Positions 28,972-32,471 of a DNA stretch of 32,471 bases are shown here, piece by piece. Source of the DNA: a bacterium (GTDB taxonomy: Bacteria; SAR324; NAC60-12); assembly GCA_965233585.1 (NCBI GenBank), contig CBDDTI010000435.1, positions 1-32,471 of the forward strand. The letters are read 5' to 3'. Positions within the stretch are counted from its first letter, which is position 1. Each line of letters starts with the position of its first letter. A program made the position numbers and the translations under genes. The notes below the pieces were generated by a model. It had not been told where the DNA came from. It did no database searches and saw only the letters and a list, made by a program, of their open reading frames with translations.

Positions 28972-29165
28972 GGTCTACGCGTAGACCTTTTGAGACTGAA
29001 TCGGCCTTAAATGATCTAAAAAGACCTCAATGCAGTCTGCTTGCAGACTGCACGTGGACTGAATGGCACCTTCCTGCAGCCTGCAAGCAGTCCGTTTGAG
29101 ACTGAATCGGCCTGAAATGATCTAAAAAGACCTCAATGCAGCCTTCCCGCAGCCTGCAAACAGCC
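28972..29165. repeat. Palindrome- and direct-repeat-rich segment at the point where element 2 ends
   Basis: Perfect palindrome GGTCTACGCGTAGACC at 28972-28987; hairpin TGCAGTCTGC-TT-GCAGACTGCA at 29031-29052; ~47-bp direct repeat at 28989 and 29095. Confidence 0.8.
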
Positions 29166-30187
29166 TTCATGTAGCCCTCTTACAACGACCAAAATTTTAT
29201 TCTCAATAAGTGTTTTACAATGTATTTTTCTCAACGTGTTGGTACATTTTTTTGTATGACATTGATTTAAGTCAGAAAAAAAAATTGTTCAAATAGTCGA
29301 ATAAAATTGATAACGTCTAAAACATTTAGTGGCAAAAAAATGTTAAATTAAGTCATATCTAAGTATAAGCATTCTTTTTTGTTATCTTTTTGTTGATCTT
29401 AAACGATATACGAGCTTCCTGCTTCCTTTTTTATTGTTTGTTTTTACATATATTGTATTTCTTGTGAAACACTTGATACTGTCTATGCTTGGTCTAAAAA
29501 AGCTTCTTCTGAAGAAAAAACGACTTGATTAAATCTACGTAAAGTCAGCAAATATTTTACATACTGCCATTTTGAAATCAGTTCATTTTTGTTTCCTGAA
29601 ACGTTAACATGTGATAATCAAAATTAAAAAAAAGCTGCTGTTTAAAAGTTTTAAGCAAAAAATGAATACAAACTAAGTTAAAAAAGTTTTGTTCATCACC
29701 TGCTTAAAGCTTTTGAATTGTGTTTCATCAGTATTTTTTGAAGAAATTTCAAGAAAAAAGAAAATAACAACATTTTTGTTGATTTGTAAACAGCCCGTAT
29801 CTGAATTGTGTTTTATCACTCAGTACGGGTTGTTTACAATCTTCAAAAAATTGTCCTATTTCATCATTTATTTTTGTAAATAATGACCCCAATTTTTTTT
29901 ATTTTTGTTTTACGCGAAGATTTAAAACGTTTCTTGTTTTAAAGAGGTATCGAATGGGTATCATACCCTCGTTCAATAATTTTGTGATACCCATTGTTAC
30001 CTTTTTAAAATTGGCCAATGTCATCAATTGTGCGATTTGTTTGAAAAACATTTCCGAGAAAAAAAGAAAAAGAAGAAAAAAAGGATCACTTTTTGGTGAT
30101 CGGCGACATGTTGCTCCTATTTGTTGTAATTGAGGAGTGACATGTTGGCCGACTGCCAAAATTGTTCCAATTCATCATTTGTGTTCG

Positions 30188-30504
30188 TGTTAAATTTCAA
30201 ATTAAGAAGAAATAATAAAACGTCTGGTGATTTGAAGCCAACCACGAGTGAAAAAGATCTTGGCCGGTTTTTTTGCTTTTCACTATTGGCTGGCTTTAAA
30301 TTGTCCGTTTTTCATCATATTTGTTTCGTCGTTTATATTTGGTTGATGTTAAATTTCAAATTAACTAGAAATAATAAAACGGCTGACGATTTAAAAGCTG
30401 GCCAGGGGTGAAAAGGATCTTGGCTGGCTTTTTTTGCTTTTCACTATTGGCTAGCTTTAAATTGTCCGTTTTTTTCATCATCTTTTGTTTCGTCGTTTAT
30501 ATTT
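30188..30504. repeat. Tandem duplication, ~159-bp unit x2
   Basis: TGTTAAATTTCAAATTAA at 30188 and 30347; TTTGTTTCGTCGTTTATATTT ends both units. Confidence 0.9.
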
Positions 30505-30565
30505 TATATTTTGCTGATTTTTTGTCTTGTTAATTCAGTTGTATTTTGTTTCTAGTTGAGTCAAC

Positions 30566-30976
30566 ATGTCTCTTCTTTTTACTCGAAAATCGGTATCGGA
30601 AGAAGAAGAAACAAACAAGAACGAAGACGAAAATAAAGAAATAATGAAAGAAAAAGATGGTTGGGAGGAAAGTAATCATCAAAATGTTGATGAATGTGGC
30701 ATTCACGATTTTTACCTTAACGTCTCGCAAAAGAGTATTTTGTCCAGCCTGAGAACTTCCTCCGATTTGTTTAATTCCGTAAATATTTTATTGTGTCATT
30801 TACAATCGCCGGAATTAATGTTATATTTGTCTGAAGATATTTCTCGTCGCGATTACCAGAAATTTATCGGGATCATTGAAAAATATCAGGGTGTTAGATC
30901 GCAGATTTATTTCATTAATGCATCGGCTCGAAATATGTTGAACAAAATATTGTCCATTTCTAAAAGAAATAAATAA
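30566..30976 (+). CDS. Hypothetical protein, acidic N-terminus and helical C-terminus
   Basis: 136-aa ATG ORF in good context (CAACATG); AATAAA at the stop. Confidence 0.55.
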   Translation: MSLLFTRKSVSEEEETNKNEDENKEIMKEKDGWEESNHQNVDECGIHDFYLNVSQKSILSSLRTSSDLFNSVNILLCHLQSPELMLYLSEDISRRDYQKFIGIIEKYQGVRSQIYFINASARNMLNKILSISKRNK

Positions 30977-31110
30977 AACATCCCTTAATTTCCTTATAAA
31001 TTAGAGTCTTTTTTCTAGAGATGTCGCAATTCGAGTTAAACCCTTCAAGAGTGAACATGTGTGTTTTTTTATTCCCTTTGTTTTTAAATAAAAACTGAAA
31101 AAGAAAAACA

Positions 31111-31783
31111 ATGTCAGCGAAAGTTAATAGAGTAATCAAAAAGAAAAAAAAAACTTCCCGCTAATGGGCTAGCGTTCCCCGTCAGTTCATCACGTCCTCT
31201 TAAGTTTTTGGAGTCAGATCTGCGTCAACAGCCTCAATTGGGGAGGATTATCAGAGCTAAACCTTGCGCCGTGATTCAACATCCCGCCACGTCGCCCGAG
31301 GAAAGAACGACGCCCCAGATTCCGCGGATCCCGTATATTTTCCCCGATTATCATACTACGGCTTGCGCGATTCAATGTTTAGCTCAAGCAGTGAAAGATA
31401 TTGAAGTGGCCAGGGAACACGTTGATCACCTTAGCCGTACCGTTATCCCTTCTAAACCGGGACAATTTTTTGAGTTGATCGATAAAAGTAGACAAAGATT
31501 GGATCGAATTCATCGTGAGTTGGACGATACTTTTCATCCAATTTTTGTTTTTATGGAAAAGCATTTTGATTTGGATGAATTAATTGAAAAAGATTCCAAC
31601 CCGAAATTGATAAAGAAAGGTGAGATCGCGCCTATGGATCTTACGGCCGAAGATTTGTTGAAAAAGGAAAAGCATGAACAAAACGATCCCTCCTTGACGA
31701 CGGCAATGGCAAACATTGAAAATCAGCCCGTTGGTTCCTTTAAACTAGAAGATGTCTTCCCCGACTCCCAACTCCTTCTCTGA
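31111..31783 (+). CDS. Hypothetical coiled-coil protein; +1 frameshift in an A10 run
   Basis: ATG 31111 (MSAKVNRVIKKKKK) joins the 31208 ORF frame if one A is removed from 31144-31153; PMDLT motif. Confidence 0.55.
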
Positions 31784-32066
31784 TTTACCTTATAATTTTA
31801 AGAAACAGCAACGTCAAGAATTGATCAGATTGGATGAATTGGAGAAGCTTTATTCTGTCACAAAAGAACGTCGAAACAAACGATTGGCCAACGATAATAT
31901 ATTCGAAATGACTCGAAACGATAAAGCGGAAATTATAGAATCTGCCCTTATTTGCAATTGTTGCTCATGGTTTTTTTTAAGCGTTACCATGCTGATTACT
32001 TTTGCTCTGATTTTTTTTGAAGTGTATCAACTTTTTGCTTTTGTAAAAAAACAACATCAAAATTAA
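31752..32066 (+). CDS. Small Cys-rich single-pass membrane protein, paralogue A
   Basis: CNCCSWFFL plus hydrophobic segment; ends LFAFVKKQHQN. Confidence 0.65.
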   Translation: MSSPTPNSFSDLPYNFKKQQRQELIRLDELEKLYSVTKERRNKRLANDNIFEMTRNDKAEIIESALICNCCSWFFLSVTMLITFALIFFEVYQLFAFVKKQHQN

Positions 32067-32083
32067 AAGCAAAAAACTTTAAG

Positions 32084-32383
32084 ATGCCTTCCCCGATTCC
32101 TTACTCTTCCCCTAATTCACTTTATAATTTTGGAAATCTGGTTGAACGAGGTTTAATGCCAATGGGCAATAATGATATTTTTCTCGCTCCCCCACCATAC
32201 CATAGTAATACCCATGATACGGTCAAAATAGATAAACGTGATAAATGGGACATTATAAATGTTATCTATTTTTGCGGTTGTTGTTCTTGTTTCTTTTTAA
32301 CTGCTATCGCGTTCTTTATTTTTGTTTCCCTTACTGTGCAATTTAAAAATCTTTTTGCTTTTGTAAAAAAACAACATCAATAA
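32084..32383 (+). CDS. Small Cys-rich single-pass membrane protein, paralogue B, with PPPY
   Basis: CGCCSCFFL plus hydrophobic segment; ends LFAFVKKQHQ; start MPSPIP resembles MSSPTP. Confidence 0.65.
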   Translation: MPSPIPYSSPNSLYNFGNLVERGLMPMGNNDIFLAPPPYHSNTHDTVKIDKRDKWDIINVIYFCGCCSCFFLTAIAFFIFVSLTVQFKNLFAFVKKQHQ

Positions 32384-32471
32384 AGACGACTATGACGATA
32401 TTAGTTTATTTGTTTATTTCGGATTACGTATGGTTAAATTTACGATCATTTTTTGATCATTGTTAATAAAA

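Noticed and set aside
29450..30411. Short ORFs 29689, 29899, 30130 and a possible decayed spliced gene on the - strand
   Set aside because: Non-ATG starts, interrupted frames, overlap with a tandem duplication; no consistent gene model could be built.

Overview
AT-rich eukaryotic (probably invertebrate animal) genomic DNA. It is dominated by a ~20.7 kb, apparently coding-intact Polinton/Maverick (adintovirus-like) endogenous virus at 1502-~22204, bounded by ~540/600 bp terminal inverted repeats. The element carries the standard core: retroviral-type integrase with chromodomain, protein-primed PolB, packaging ATPase, adenain-like protease, two major-capsid paralogues, a penton and two small protease-processed core-like proteins. 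Unusual features: (1) its own adjacent TBP and TFIIB genes, divergent from and overlapping the start of the capsid gene; (2) PolB broken by four short spliceosomal introns, three of them inside catalytic motifs; (3) the terminal-protein region in a separate ORF, with the vOTU catalytic Cys apparently lost (adenovirus-like arrangement); (4) a penton ORF made of two tandem penton-like modules; (5) heat-shock-element plus TATA promoters in front of two accessory genes. The right TIR abuts a second, decayed copy of the same family (~22205-28925) in which only TBP and TFIIB remain intact. Flanks: a 138-bp tandem repeat and a piggyBac-like MITE on the left; a palindrome-rich repeat and compact orphan ORFs on the right, possibly a third viral or mobile element. 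All family calls come from motif recognition by eye, not database searches.
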